A stretch of 64,000 nt of DNA from an uncultured Gemmatimonadaceae bacterium (GTDB taxonomy: Bacteria > Latescibacterota > UBA2968 > UBA8231), in the NCBI GenBank assembly GCA_964512165.1, contig CAZEHQ010000002.1, positions 2,056 through 66,055 on the forward strand, read 5' to 3'. A model generated the notes under the pieces. The model had not been told where the DNA came from, did not search any database, and saw only the letters and a program-made list of their open reading frames with translations. The position numbers were made by a program, and so were the translations under genes. Shown here one piece after another: positions 20,559 to 30,542 of the stretch (positions are counted from its first letter, which is position 1; the number at the start of each line of letters is the position of its first letter).

Positions 20559-21428
20559 TCAGGGCCAGAGCAGGCGCCGCGCCGTGCAGTACAATATGGA
20601 CCGCTTCTCCGCGTCCGTGAGGAAGTCGGCCTTGCGGATGACGTCGACGGCGGCCGGCAGATCCCGGGCCGGATCCGCCATGAGCACCGGTCCGCCGCTG
20701 TCGCTCTCCCACATGCAGCGTTCGGCGCCGAAGGCGGAGATCACGTCGCGCAGCAGAGGCCCGGTGCCGGCGAAGGGTCGGCCGCCCCCGCCGAGGGCGT
20801 GAACCGGTCCGAGCTTCACGTGGACCCGCGGGTGCCGCGCGAGGGCGGTGAGGCCCTCCAGCTCGGCGGGGTCGATGCGGCCGCCGCGGAGGCGCACGCC
20901 GCCCACGTGGTCGAGGATGACGGGCGCCTCCGGGAAGCGCCCGCACATGCGGTCGACCTCGGCCAGGTCGGGGGGTCCGAGAAGGAAGCTGAGGACGAGG
21001 CCGTGCTCGGCGGCGGCGGCGAACATGCGCTCGTACCCCTCCTGCTCCAGCCAGCGCTCCCCCTGGCCGAAGTCGGGCTGGGCGCTCCGGCCCCGGATGC
21101 GGAAGGCGCGCACCCCGCGGGAGGCGAGATCGAGCATGGCGCGGTCTGGAGAGCCGAGGGAAGCGTCGGTGACGGCAGGAACGATGCCGGTGCCCACGCA
21201 TCGGTCGGGGTCGGAGTCGATGAGGTCGACGATGTAGCTGTGGTCGAGCCCGTACCAGGTGATCTGGATCAGGTTCAGGCACATGGGCTCGCCGACGGCC
21301 TCGCTCCAGCGGCGATGGTCCTCAGGCGTGAAGGAGGGCAGCCAAGGGTCGGAGGGACCGAAGCCGGGGGCGTAGGGGTAGCGGCCGTGGTCGGGGCTCC
21401 AGACGTGGATGTGGGCGTCGACGATCAC
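20559..21428 (-). CDS. amidohydrolase-2 family hydrolase
   Basis: IVDAHIHVW N-terminal His pair. Confidence 0.75.
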   Translation of the reverse strand: MIVDAHIHVWSPDHGRYPYAPGFGPSDPWLPSFTPEDHRRWSEAVGEPMCLNLIQITWYGLDHSYIVDLIDSDPDRCVGTGIVPAVTDASLGSPDRAMLDLASRGVRAFRIRGRSAQPDFGQGERWLEQEGYERMFAAAAEHGLVLSFLLGPPDLAEVDRMCGRFPEAPVILDHVGGVRLRGGRIDPAELEGLTALARHPRVHVKLGPVHALGGGGRPFAGTGPLLRDVISAFGAERCMWESDSGGPVLMADPARDLPAAVDVIRKADFLTDAEKRSILYCTARRLLWP

Positions 21429-21490
21429 CGGCGGACTCGGGTGCCGGGCCTTTCTCTCCGGGGCTGCGCATCGTACGAATCAGGCAGGGT

Positions 21491-22381
21491 GTGCTCAAGG
21501 CCGGGGCCGGCCGTTTCCGAATCGAGGTGAGTGTGAAGGAGATCGAGAAATACCTCTTCGACCTGCAGGGTTACATCGTCCTCGAAGGCGTGTTGTCGGA
21601 TGCCGAGGTGGTTCGGGCCAACGAGGCCGTCGACCGGCACACGCACCTCATCCACGAGCGCACCGGGGAGCTCTCTCTGTCGGGGGACTCGACCACCCTC
21701 AAGGGCACCACGGGCCGCGGCGATCTGGGCGGACTTCTTGGCTGGGAGAAGCCGTGGTGCGAGCCCTTCCGGGAGATGCTCGTCCACCCCCGCGTCGTCG
21801 CCTGCCTCAACACCATCCTCGGGGCCGGGTGGCGCCTCGACCACAACGCCGGCCTGATCTCCATGCGCAGGGGGGCCGAGGGCCACCTCCTCCACGGCTC
21901 CTCGGGCCCCGGCTTCGACCGCCATCAGTACTACCTCTTCCAGAACGGCCGGATGCACAACGGCCTGACGGTGGCCGCCTGGCAGCTGACCGACAGCAAC
22001 CCCGGGGACGGCGGCCTGTGCCTGATCCCGGGAAGCCACAAAGGCAACTACGCCTGTCCTCAGGAGGTCAGGAAGTGGCTGGCCCACCGGGAGATCGTGC
22101 GCCAGGTCGCGTGCAGGGCCGGTGACGTGGTGATCTTCACCGAGGCGGTGACCCACGGCACGCTCCCTTGGACGGCGGACCACGACCGTCGCAGCGTGCT
22201 GTTCCGCATGTCCCCGGGAAACCTGGCCTATGCCCCCGGTTACAACCCCTGGCCGGAGGAGATGCTGGCGGGGATGACCCCCGAGCAGCGCGCCGTTCTC
22301 GAGCCCCCGTACCACTCGCGGCTGAGCCGTCCGGAGCTCGGCGACGACGGGAAGCTGGCGGGAACGCCGGCGGCGCCCTGA
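21491..22381 (+). CDS. PhyH family Fe(II)/2OG dioxygenase
   Basis: PhyH-like N-terminal FDLQGYIVLEGVL and PGSH block. Confidence 0.65.
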   Translation: MLKAGAGRFRIEVSVKEIEKYLFDLQGYIVLEGVLSDAEVVRANEAVDRHTHLIHERTGELSLSGDSTTLKGTTGRGDLGGLLGWEKPWCEPFREMLVHPRVVACLNTILGAGWRLDHNAGLISMRRGAEGHLLHGSSGPGFDRHQYYLFQNGRMHNGLTVAAWQLTDSNPGDGGLCLIPGSHKGNYACPQEVRKWLAHREIVRQVACRAGDVVIFTEAVTHGTLPWTADHDRRSVLFRMSPGNLAYAPGYNPWPEEMLAGMTPEQRAVLEPPYHSRLSRPELGDDGKLAGTPAAP

Positions 22382-22445
22382 GCGGAGCCCTTCAGATCAC
22401 CGGAGGCCGCATCGTCAGGCAGGCCTCGCCCGAGGGAGGAAGACC

Positions 22446-23228
22446 ATGCTGACCGACCGCATCGCCGACCGACAGTGGGACGACTTCCAGGAGCTGGGAT
22501 ACGTGCACCTGGGCCGGGCCGAGGCCGGCGAGATCGCCGCCCTGCAGCGGCGCATCGACGAGATCATGTTGGGCACCGCCGCGATCGATTACGACGAGGT
22601 CATGATGCAGCTGGACCGCTCCGGCGGTCCCGACTCGAGGCCCGGCTCCCAGTCGAGGGGCCACAAGGGAGCCACCCTCGCCTATCGCAAGATCCAGAAT
22701 CTGGAGCTCGATTCGCTGTTCCTGGCGTATCTGCAGCGACCCCTGTTCCGGGACATCTGCGAGCGGATGTACGGCGAGGAGACGGCGGTCGCCTGCTACC
22801 GAGCGATGTTCATGAACAAGCCCTCCGGCCTCGGCACCCACCTGATCTGGCACCAGGACCGCTGGACGGCCCTCGACAGGGATCCCCTGGTCACGGTGTG
22901 GACGGCGCTGGACCCGGCGACCCCGGAGAACGGCTGCGTTCAGATCGTGCCCGGGTCGCATCGGCGCCTTCTCAACCCCGAGCACGGCTCCGGGTTCCTC
23001 ACCGAGACGATGGCGGCGGAGATCGCATCCCGCTCCGACATCGAGCAGCTGCAAATGGAGGCGGGGGAGGTCGTGCTGCTGCACAACCACCTGCTGCACT
23101 CCTCGGGGGTGAACCGCACCCGGCAGTCGAGGCGCGCCTTCAGCGTCTGCTACATGGAGGCGGCCACCGTGTGCAGCAGCGGCGCCACCTTCCCCGTCGT
23201 CTTCGGGGAAGGGGCCCTGGCGGCCTAG
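22446..23228 (+). CDS. PhyH family Fe(II)/2OG dioxygenase
   Basis: LIWHQDRW HxD motif, VPGSHR, distal His. Confidence 0.75.
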   Translation: MLTDRIADRQWDDFQELGYVHLGRAEAGEIAALQRRIDEIMLGTAAIDYDEVMMQLDRSGGPDSRPGSQSRGHKGATLAYRKIQNLELDSLFLAYLQRPLFRDICERMYGEETAVACYRAMFMNKPSGLGTHLIWHQDRWTALDRDPLVTVWTALDPATPENGCVQIVPGSHRRLLNPEHGSGFLTETMAAEIASRSDIEQLQMEAGEVVLLHNHLLHSSGVNRTRQSRRAFSVCYMEAATVCSSGATFPVVFGEGALAA

Positions 23229-23241
23229 GCCGGCGGCCGGC

Positions 23242-23982
23242 TCAGACCGCCCAGTATTTCCACAGGTCCTCCGGCACGTCGTACTTCATCTCCTCGCGGT
23301 CAGTGCGGTGCCAGCGGGCGAAGACGCCCAGCCTCGGGCGGGTGCGCACGTTCGGCGAGCCCGTGTGACAGAGGAAGCAGTGCCAGAGGATGACGTCTCC
23401 GGCCCGCCCGGTGAACTCGACGGGTCCGGCCGATGACTCGTCCGAGAACAGCCCCCACTGCCGCTCCTCCCAGTCCTCGCGGTCCCGGAAGCTGCCGTCG
23501 ATCTGCTCCGGGTGCTCGCGGAAGTAGGCCTGCACCGGCTCGTGGCTGCGCGGCCAGTAGACGAAGCCGCCGCCCCCGGGCTCGACGTCGTCCATGTAGG
23601 TCGTGGCGCCGAGCATGAAGCCGCCGCTCCAGCCGCCCGGACCGTAGCCGTCGATGTGGCCGGAGTCGGGCATCTGCCAGACCGCGTCTTCGGGGCCCGG
23701 CCACTTCACCAGCATCGACCCGCCGCCTCCTCCGAACATGCCGCCGCCGAGCTGCTCGATGATCTCCCGCATGCGCGACAGTTGTCCGAGGGGCGGGTCG
23801 ACCCCGAAGCCCTGGATCACGTAGTCCTCCGGCCAGGTGGCCCGGTCGTCGCGGTCGGCGCCGACGTGGGACCAGAACTGGTCGCGCCAGGCGGAGAGCG
23901 TTTCGGGCTCGACGAGCCCCTCGAGGAGGAGGAAACCCTGGCGCTTGAAGAGGTCGATCTGTCCGGGATCGAGGGGGCTCAT
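23242..23982 (-). CDS. PhyH-like dioxygenase
   Basis: N-terminal QIDLFKRQGFLLLEGLV PhyH-like block; weaker match. Confidence 0.55.
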   Translation of the reverse strand: MSPLDPGQIDLFKRQGFLLLEGLVEPETLSAWRDQFWSHVGADRDDRATWPEDYVIQGFGVDPPLGQLSRMREIIEQLGGGMFGGGGGSMLVKWPGPEDAVWQMPDSGHIDGYGPGGWSGGFMLGATTYMDDVEPGGGGFVYWPRSHEPVQAYFREHPEQIDGSFRDREDWEERQWGLFSDESSAGPVEFTGRAGDVILWHCFLCHTGSPNVRTRPRLGVFARWHRTDREEMKYDVPEDLWKYWAV

Positions 23983-24175
23983 CGGGGTTTCTCCAGGTCA
24001 GGGGACCGGACGCTCGGCCCCCCGGGGGCTGCGGGGCACAACGATCGGGGTGGCGGCCAAAGGAAACTCGGTGATCCCGGCGGCGGCAACCCGGGTTGTG
24101 GGCGGCTCGGCGGGGCCGCTTCTTTGCACCCGCCGAGTCCGATGGGAGGACTGGGCCGAATTGTGGAGGAGACTC

Positions 24176-24934
24176 GTGAGCAACCCACTGTCCTACCGCG
24201 CTGGAACCCTCGAGGATCCGAGCCTGCCCTGGGCCCGTATCGCGCAGACCGGCGTGCAGGGCATCGAGATGGTCTGGAGCGATGGCCTGACGGCCCCGGC
24301 GGCAGAGGCGGCGCTGGAGCCGCACGGGCTGCGTGTGACGTCGCTGAGCGTGGTCTGTCCACTGGAGGACGACGGCCTGCCGGCCAGGATGTCCGCCCAG
24401 GCGGCGGTGGCCGCCGACCTGGGGGCCGACTACCTCTTCGCCAGTGCGGGGGGCGGGGGCATGTCCCTGGCCGAGGCCGGCGAGAGGCTGCGCAGGCTGG
24501 GTGACGCCGTCGGCCCGCACGGGGTGCACCTGGCCCTGGAGACCCACCCGGAGTTGTGCACGAACGCCGACCGCATGGAGGCGACCATGGCCGCCGTCGA
24601 CCACCCCTGGGTGGGGGTCAACTACGACACGGCGAACGTCTGTTACTACAACCGCGGTATCGACACCGTCGATCAACTGCGCCGGTGCGTCTCGCACGTG
24701 CGCGGCATGCACCTGAAGGACACCAGCGGCGGTTACCACGACCACGACTTCCCCGTCTTCGGCGAGGGCGTCGTCGACTTCGCCGCGGTCTACGAGGTCC
24801 TCGGCCAGGCCGGGTACGGGTCCGCCTGCACCATGGAGCTGGAGGGGCCCGTATTCGGCCGCCGGGATCCGGAGGACCTGGCGAACAAGGTGGCCCGCTG
24901 CGTGGGCCACCTGAAGAGCGTAGGAGTCGCTTGA
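24176..24934 (+). CDS. sugar phosphate isomerase/epimerase (xylose isomerase-like TIM barrel)
   Basis: AP-endonuclease-2/XylA-like barrel blocks (HLALETHPE, DTANV); GTG start with GGAGGA 8 nt upstream. Confidence 0.7.
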   Translation: MSNPLSYRAGTLEDPSLPWARIAQTGVQGIEMVWSDGLTAPAAEAALEPHGLRVTSLSVVCPLEDDGLPARMSAQAAVAADLGADYLFASAGGGGMSLAEAGERLRRLGDAVGPHGVHLALETHPELCTNADRMEATMAAVDHPWVGVNYDTANVCYYNRGIDTVDQLRRCVSHVRGMHLKDTSGGYHDHDFPVFGEGVVDFAAVYEVLGQAGYGSACTMELEGPVFGRRDPEDLANKVARCVGHLKSVGVA

Positions 24935-26217
24935 AGGACCGGCCCGACATCCTGCTGATCAGCACCGATCAGCAGTCCGCCTCGGCATTGAGCTGCGCCG
25001 GGAACGGGGATCTGCGTACCCCGAACATGGACCGCCTGGCGGCGGAGGGAGTGCGGTTCTCTCGCGCCTACTGCACCCATCCCCTGTGCGCGCCGGCGCG
25101 GTCGAGCTACGTCACCGGCCGCATGCCCCACGAAACGGGGGTCACCAGCAACCAGGAGCCGCTGCGGGAGACCCTGCACGGCCGGACGCTGGGCCGCCTG
25201 CTGGGCGAGGCCGGGTACCGCTGCGCCCTGGCCGGCAAGTGGCACGTCCCCGGCATCACGCCGGAGGAGGGCGGCCTCGAGGTGCTTTGCGGCCCCCGGG
25301 ACGACGAGATCCCCGAGGCCTCGGCGGGATTCCTGCGGTCGGGCGAGGGACCCTTCTTCCTCTTCGCCTCCTTCCTGAATCCCCACGATGTCTGCCAGCT
25401 GGCGCGCTCCCAGCCGCTGCCCCAGGGGCCGGTGCCGGAGCCGGCTTCCCTGGCCGAGTGCCCGAACCTGCCGGCCAACTTCGAGGAGCCGCCTTTCGGC
25501 CCGGAGATCCTGCGGCTGGTGCAGAGCCACACGCCGCGGGTATACGCGGCGGCGGGATTCACGGCGGAGGAGTGGCGCCGCTTTCGGCACCAGTACTTCC
25601 GCATCGTCGAGAAGGTGGACGCCGAGATCGGCCGTCTTCTGGACGCGGTGCGCGACGCTGGCCGCTGGGACGACACCCTGATCCTGCTGACCTCCGACCA
25701 CGGCGACGGCCACGGCGCCCACCGCTGGAACGGCAAGACGGCCCTGTGGGAGGAGGTGATCCGCGTGCCGTTGCTGGCCCGCGGCCCCGGCGTGCGGAGG
25801 CCCGGACGCGTCGAGGAGCGGCTGGTCTCCAACGGACTCGACCTGCTGCCGACGATCTGCGAGGCAGCCGGAGCCGAGACTCCCGCGGACCTGCCGGGGC
25901 GCAGCCTCGGTCCCCTGCTGGCGGGGGAGCCACCCGGTGACTGGCGGCAGGACCTGGTGGTGCAGACGATCACCGGCATCGGCGACGGACCCGGAGGGCC
26001 GGCGCTGGCCCGGGCCCTCGTGGGGGACCGTGTCAAATACAGTGTCTACGCCCTGGGCCGCGGCCGGGAGCAGCTCGTCGACCTTGCCGCCGACCCGGGG
26101 GAGATGGTGAACCTCGCCGTGGAGGCCCGCTTCGGCGGGGAGCTGGAGGCCTGCCGCGAGCGGCTGCGGTCGCTGTGCCGGGTCGGCGGCGACGACGTGG
26201 GGAGGCTGATCCCATGA
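24931..26217 (+). CDS. sulfatase (formylglycine-dependent, cytoplasmic, no signal peptide)
   Basis: CTHPLCAPARS C-x-P-x-R FGly motif, ILLISTDQQ N-terminus; TTG start overlapping upstream stop. Confidence 0.8.
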   Translation: MKDRPDILLISTDQQSASALSCAGNGDLRTPNMDRLAAEGVRFSRAYCTHPLCAPARSSYVTGRMPHETGVTSNQEPLRETLHGRTLGRLLGEAGYRCALAGKWHVPGITPEEGGLEVLCGPRDDEIPEASAGFLRSGEGPFFLFASFLNPHDVCQLARSQPLPQGPVPEPASLAECPNLPANFEEPPFGPEILRLVQSHTPRVYAAAGFTAEEWRRFRHQYFRIVEKVDAEIGRLLDAVRDAGRWDDTLILLTSDHGDGHGAHRWNGKTALWEEVIRVPLLARGPGVRRPGRVEERLVSNGLDLLPTICEAAGAETPADLPGRSLGPLLAGEPPGDWRQDLVVQTITGIGDGPGGPALARALVGDRVKYSVYALGRGREQLVDLAADPGEMVNLAVEARFGGELEACRERLRSLCRVGGDDVGRLIP

Positions 26218-27491
26218 AGGTGACAGGAGTGGAACGGATCCTGGTGGACGTGCCGTTCACCGAGCGCCAGCAGCGCATCACGAAACGCACCGTGTACAAC
26301 TGGTCGATCCTGGAGTTGTGCCGGGTCACCGCCGAGAGCGGCCACGTGGGCTGGGGGGAGACCGTCGTCCACTACACCCATCAGCGGGTGACCGACGCCA
26401 GCGTCCGCCGCGTCACCGGCGCCAGCGCCGCGGAGCTGCTGTGGGAGGACGGCCTGGGCGCGGGCCTGCAGATGGCCCTCTTCGACCTCGTGGGCCGGAT
26501 CGCCGGGGTCCCCGTGCACCGTCTGCTGGGGGCCAAGGTCCGGGATGCGACGCCGATCTCGTGGTGGTGCAGTCACGCATCGCCGGAGGACTGGGCCGCC
26601 GAGACCCGTGACGCGGTGGCCGCCGGGTACACCAGCTTCAAGAACAAGCCCCGCCCCTGGTGGGACGTGTACGCCCAGGTCCAGGCGGTGACGGCTGCTA
26701 CGCCGCCCCACTTCAAGCTCGACCTGGACCCCAACGGCATGCTGGTCAACGCCGCCCAGGCGGTGCCCGTGCTGGCACGCCTGGCCGACTGCGACCAAGT
26801 GGCCATGTTCGAGACGCCGATCCCCCAGAACGACGTGGCCGGGAACCGCCAGATCCGCCGCTCGGTGCCGCGCCCCATCGCCATGCACTTCGGCAGTCCG
26901 CCCTACATCACGGCCGTGCGCGAGGAGGTCTGCGACGGCTTCGTGATCAACGGCGGCGCCTCCCGGGTGATGCGCCAGGGGGCGCTGGCCGCCGAGGCGC
27001 AGATGCCGTTCTGGCTGCAGCTGGTCGGCAACGGCCTGACCACCACCTGGGCCGCCCATCTCGGCGCCGTGCTCAGCCACGCCACCTGGCCGACGATCAG
27101 CTGCATCAACCTCTACACCGAGCATCTGCTCCAGGAGCCGGTGACGGTCAGCGGCGGCTACCAGTCCGTGCCCGAGGGCCCGGGGCTGGGCGTCGAGATC
27201 GACGAGGAGGCGGTGGAGCGGCTCCGGGTGCCGGCGGAGTCGCTCGATGCCCTCGGTCCGGGGCAGGTCTACGCCCATCCGAGGCCTCGGATCATCAACA
27301 CCGTGGTCTTCCCGGACGGTACGCGGGCGCACACCGGCGTCATGGGCGCCGGTCTGGCGGAGGCGGGCCCCGGGTGGGCGGAGGGCGTGCGGGTGGAGCC
27401 GGCCTGGGAGGACGACGGCTCGAAGGAGTGGGCCGGGCTCTGGGAGCGGATCGAGGACGGCGGCGTCGTGCGCGCCGGGAGGGACTCATGA
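26214..27491 (+). CDS. enolase-superfamily (MR/MLE) dehydratase
   Basis: MKVTGVERILVDVPF capping domain start, barrel-domain metal-ligand blocks; ATGA overlap. Confidence 0.8.
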   Translation: MKVTGVERILVDVPFTERQQRITKRTVYNWSILELCRVTAESGHVGWGETVVHYTHQRVTDASVRRVTGASAAELLWEDGLGAGLQMALFDLVGRIAGVPVHRLLGAKVRDATPISWWCSHASPEDWAAETRDAVAAGYTSFKNKPRPWWDVYAQVQAVTAATPPHFKLDLDPNGMLVNAAQAVPVLARLADCDQVAMFETPIPQNDVAGNRQIRRSVPRPIAMHFGSPPYITAVREEVCDGFVINGGASRVMRQGALAAEAQMPFWLQLVGNGLTTTWAAHLGAVLSHATWPTISCINLYTEHLLQEPVTVSGGYQSVPEGPGLGVEIDEEAVERLRVPAESLDALGPGQVYAHPRPRIINTVVFPDGTRAHTGVMGAGLAEAGPGWAEGVRVEPAWEDDGSKEWAGLWERIEDGGVVRAGRDS

Positions 27492-29347
27492 GAGAAGACC
27501 TGGGCAACGGCTTCCTCCACCACGGGGTGGCCACGCCGGTGAGCAACCACCGCGGGACGGCGGCCACGGTCGACGGCGACGGCCGCAACGTGGTGCTGCT
27601 CTGGCTCTACGACCACCGTGGCTGCTACGCCCTGCTGCAGATCGACGCGGCCACCGGAGAGTCCCTCGAGGTGCCCGTGCCCTTCGACCCGGGCGGCGAC
27701 TGCCCCTTCGCATCGATCCTGTCGACCCGCAACCGGTTCTACACCCACTTCAACAGCCACTTCTGCGAGTACGATCCCGCGGCCCGGGAGTTCACCTTCC
27801 ACCACCGCACGGTGCCGCAGATGGCCATGGGCATGACCGAGGACGACGACGGCCGCATCTGGCTGGCCAGCTACCCGGACTCCGGCGTCGCCTGCTTCGA
27901 TCCGGCGGTGCGCGCCTTCCGGGACTACGGCCACGTGTACCACCAGAACTGGCGCCAGTACCAGCGCTCGATCGCCGCCGACGACAGCGGCTGGATCTAC
28001 TTCGCCGTGGGCAACACCTCGAGCCAGATCGTCGCCCTCGAGCCGGACGGCGGCGAGGCGAGGCCGCTGCTGGCCGAGGAGGAGCGGCACCAGGGCTCGG
28101 CCCACGTTTACCGCGACGAGGACGGACGCGTGTACGGGCAGGCGAGGGCCGGCGCCGACGGGGACTGGCTGCGGCTCTACAAGGGGGAGGCGGAGGCGAT
28201 CGGCCGCCACGAGGACCGCCGGCCCAAGGCGATCATCGCCGGCAGCCAGGGGCTGTTCCACCGCGACTTCCCGGACGGCGCCAGGCTGCTGGTCTGCGAC
28301 ACCGTGGAGAAGCGGATGGTCGTCCAGGACGCGGACGGCAGCCGCCGCGAGATGTCCTTCGACTACACCAGCGAGGGCGCCCACATCATGGGCCTGGCCG
28401 CGGCGCCGGACGGCACGATCTGCGGCGGCACCGCCTTCCCCATGCGGTTCTTCCGTTACGACCCGGCCGCCGACGAGTGGACCAACAGGGAGAGCTTCGG
28501 CCAGTGGAACACCGTGCGCGCCGCCGGAGACCGATTCTTCGTCGGCGGCTACACGGGCGGCTTCCTGCTGGAGTGGGACCCGGCGCGGGACTGGGTGGCC
28601 ACCGAGAAGGGCGACGAGAGCGGCAACCCGCGCTGGTGGACGCAGTGCTCGCCGGCGATCAACCGCCCCCACTGCCTGCTGGCCACCGCCGACGGCCGCC
28701 GGGTCGTCCTCGGCGGCACCCCGGGATACGGGTACACCGGAGGCGGCTTGCTGATCTGGGACCGCGCCTCGAAGGAGGGGCGGCTTCTGGAGCACACGGA
28801 GCTGGTGCCGGAGCAGGCGCCCCACAGCCTGGTGGAACTGCCGGATGGGCAGGTGCTGGTGGGCATGACCGTGGCGCCAGGCACCGGCGGCGAGCAGAAG
28901 GCGCAGCGGGCGGAGATGGCCATCGTCAATCTCGAACAGGGAGCCGTAGCCTGGCGCGGGGTGGTCCTGGACGAGGTTGGGTCGTACACCGATCTGTCCC
29001 CGGGGCCCGATGGCCTGGTCCTCGGTTTCGCGGACTCGGCGCGGCTCTTCGCCTTCGACCCGGCGTCGCGGCAGGTGGTGCAGGAGCTGGACGTGGAGGC
29101 GCAGCTGGGGCGGACCTGCGGCCAGCAGGGGCCGCGGGTCTTCGTCACGGGCCCGGCCGGCGAGCGCTTCGTGCTGCTGCGGCGGGGCGTGGCCGAGATC
29201 GTCGACGAGGGCGCCGAAGCGGACCGCTTCGGCATCCACATGCGGGCGGAATCGCCGGTAGCCATCGGTCCCGGAGGCGACCACCTCGACGGCCGCGTCT
29301 ACTTCGGCAGCGGTTCCCACGTCTACTCCTGGGAGGTGAGCGGGTGA
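27488..29347 (+). CDS. hypothetical protein, about 620 aa, Trp/Tyr/Asp-rich repeats suggestive of a beta-propeller
   Basis: Repeated Y-x-x-D-P-x-x-x-x-W-like blades; no recognisable catalytic motif; ATGA overlap both sides. Confidence 0.5.
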   Translation: MREDLGNGFLHHGVATPVSNHRGTAATVDGDGRNVVLLWLYDHRGCYALLQIDAATGESLEVPVPFDPGGDCPFASILSTRNRFYTHFNSHFCEYDPAAREFTFHHRTVPQMAMGMTEDDDGRIWLASYPDSGVACFDPAVRAFRDYGHVYHQNWRQYQRSIAADDSGWIYFAVGNTSSQIVALEPDGGEARPLLAEEERHQGSAHVYRDEDGRVYGQARAGADGDWLRLYKGEAEAIGRHEDRRPKAIIAGSQGLFHRDFPDGARLLVCDTVEKRMVVQDADGSRREMSFDYTSEGAHIMGLAAAPDGTICGGTAFPMRFFRYDPAADEWTNRESFGQWNTVRAAGDRFFVGGYTGGFLLEWDPARDWVATEKGDESGNPRWWTQCSPAINRPHCLLATADGRRVVLGGTPGYGYTGGGLLIWDRASKEGRLLEHTELVPEQAPHSLVELPDGQVLVGMTVAPGTGGEQKAQRAEMAIVNLEQGAVAWRGVVLDEVGSYTDLSPGPDGLVLGFADSARLFAFDPASRQVVQELDVEAQLGRTCGQQGPRVFVTGPAGERFVLLRRGVAEIVDEGAEADRFGIHMRAESPVAIGPGGDHLDGRVYFGSGSHVYSWEVSG

Positions 29348-30171
29348 GGGCGCCCGTCATCGACGGCGCCGAGCACGCCTGGGTCCTGCACGACGGGCGC
29401 TTCCCCATCGACCCGGCCATCTCCAGCTGCCCAAGCGCGATGCCTGATCACGAGCTGTCGGGGGAGGACCTGATCGCGCTGATGCAGCAGCACGGCATCG
29501 ACCGCACCGTGATCAGCCACGTCTGCTACTACGGCCGCAACAACGACTACGCCGTGCACTGCGTGAAGCGGTGGCCGGAGCGCTTCGCGGCCATCGGCCT
29601 GCTCGTCGGCGCGCGGCTGTTCCCACCCGCCGACGGCGAGCGCAACGCCGAGCGGCTGGAGCAACTCGTCGTCGAGGGCGGGCTCTCCGGGCTGCGCCTG
29701 AGCCCGATCTACGACCGCGAGACCGTCTGGCTGAACGACCCCGTCTGCGATCCTTTGTGGCGCAAGGCCGCCGACCTCGGCGCCACCTTCAACATCTTCC
29801 TGGGCCCGGAGCAGATCGGCCAGGTAGCCGACATGGCGGCCCGGCACCCCGGCGTCGACGTCGTCATCGACCACTTCGCCATGATCGACATCGAGCGGCC
29901 CGACGAGGAGGGCATCGGGCCCCTGCTGGACCTGCACCGCCTGCCCAACGTCTACATCCGCACCTCTCTCCACAATCCGTCCCGGCAGAAGCTGCCCTTC
30001 CGGGACATGTGGCCCTACCTGCGGCGGGTCTACGACACCTTCGGCCCCGAGCGGATGCTGTGGGCCAACTACTACGAGTACCTGATCATGGCGGAAATGA
30101 TCGACTTCTTCACCGTCGCCGACCGCGAGCACATCCTCGGCGGCACGGCGCGGAGGCTCTACTTCCGATGA
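29344..30171 (+). CDS. amidohydrolase-2 family hydrolase
   Basis: TIM-barrel amidohydrolase-2 blocks (VDVVIDHFAM); GTGA overlap start. Confidence 0.75.
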   Translation: MRAPVIDGAEHAWVLHDGRFPIDPAISSCPSAMPDHELSGEDLIALMQQHGIDRTVISHVCYYGRNNDYAVHCVKRWPERFAAIGLLVGARLFPPADGERNAERLEQLVVEGGLSGLRLSPIYDRETVWLNDPVCDPLWRKAADLGATFNIFLGPEQIGQVADMAARHPGVDVVIDHFAMIDIERPDEEGIGPLLDLHRLPNVYIRTSLHNPSRQKLPFRDMWPYLRRVYDTFGPERMLWANYYEYLIMAEMIDFFTVADREHILGGTARRLYFR

Positions 30172-30542
30172 AAGCGAAGGGCCGGAACTCCGAGTTGGTC
30201 TACTCCACCGCCACCGGCGACATCCGCGGGGAGAAACCCGGGGGTCGGAAGGACACGCGGCGCCGCGGCGCTGGGAGGCCAGCCGCGCAAGCCGCCCCCG
30301 CGGACGGAGTCGTCCGCGTCGGCCGCGAGACCAAGGGCCGGAAGGGCAAGGGAGTGACGGTCCTGACCGGCCTGCCGGTCGGCGGCCGGGATCTGGAGGC
30401 ACTGGCCCGGGAGCTGAAGGCCCTCTGCGGCGCCGGCGGCACCGTGCGGGACGGAGTCATCGAGATTCAGGGAGACCACCGGGACCGCCTCGTGCGGGCC
30501 CTGGAGGAGAGGGGCTGGAGGGTGAAACGGAGCGGAGGATGA
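30168..30542 (+). CDS. yciH: SUI1/eIF1-family translation initiation factor homolog (YciH-like)
   Basis: C-terminal SUI1 fold block GVTVLTGLP...IEIQGDHRDRLVRALEERGW; 124 aa; ATGA overlaps both neighbours. Confidence 0.75.
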   Translation: MKAKGRNSELVYSTATGDIRGEKPGGRKDTRRRGAGRPAAQAAPADGVVRVGRETKGRKGKGVTVLTGLPVGGRDLEALARELKALCGAGGTVRDGVIEIQGDHRDRLVRALEERGWRVKRSGG

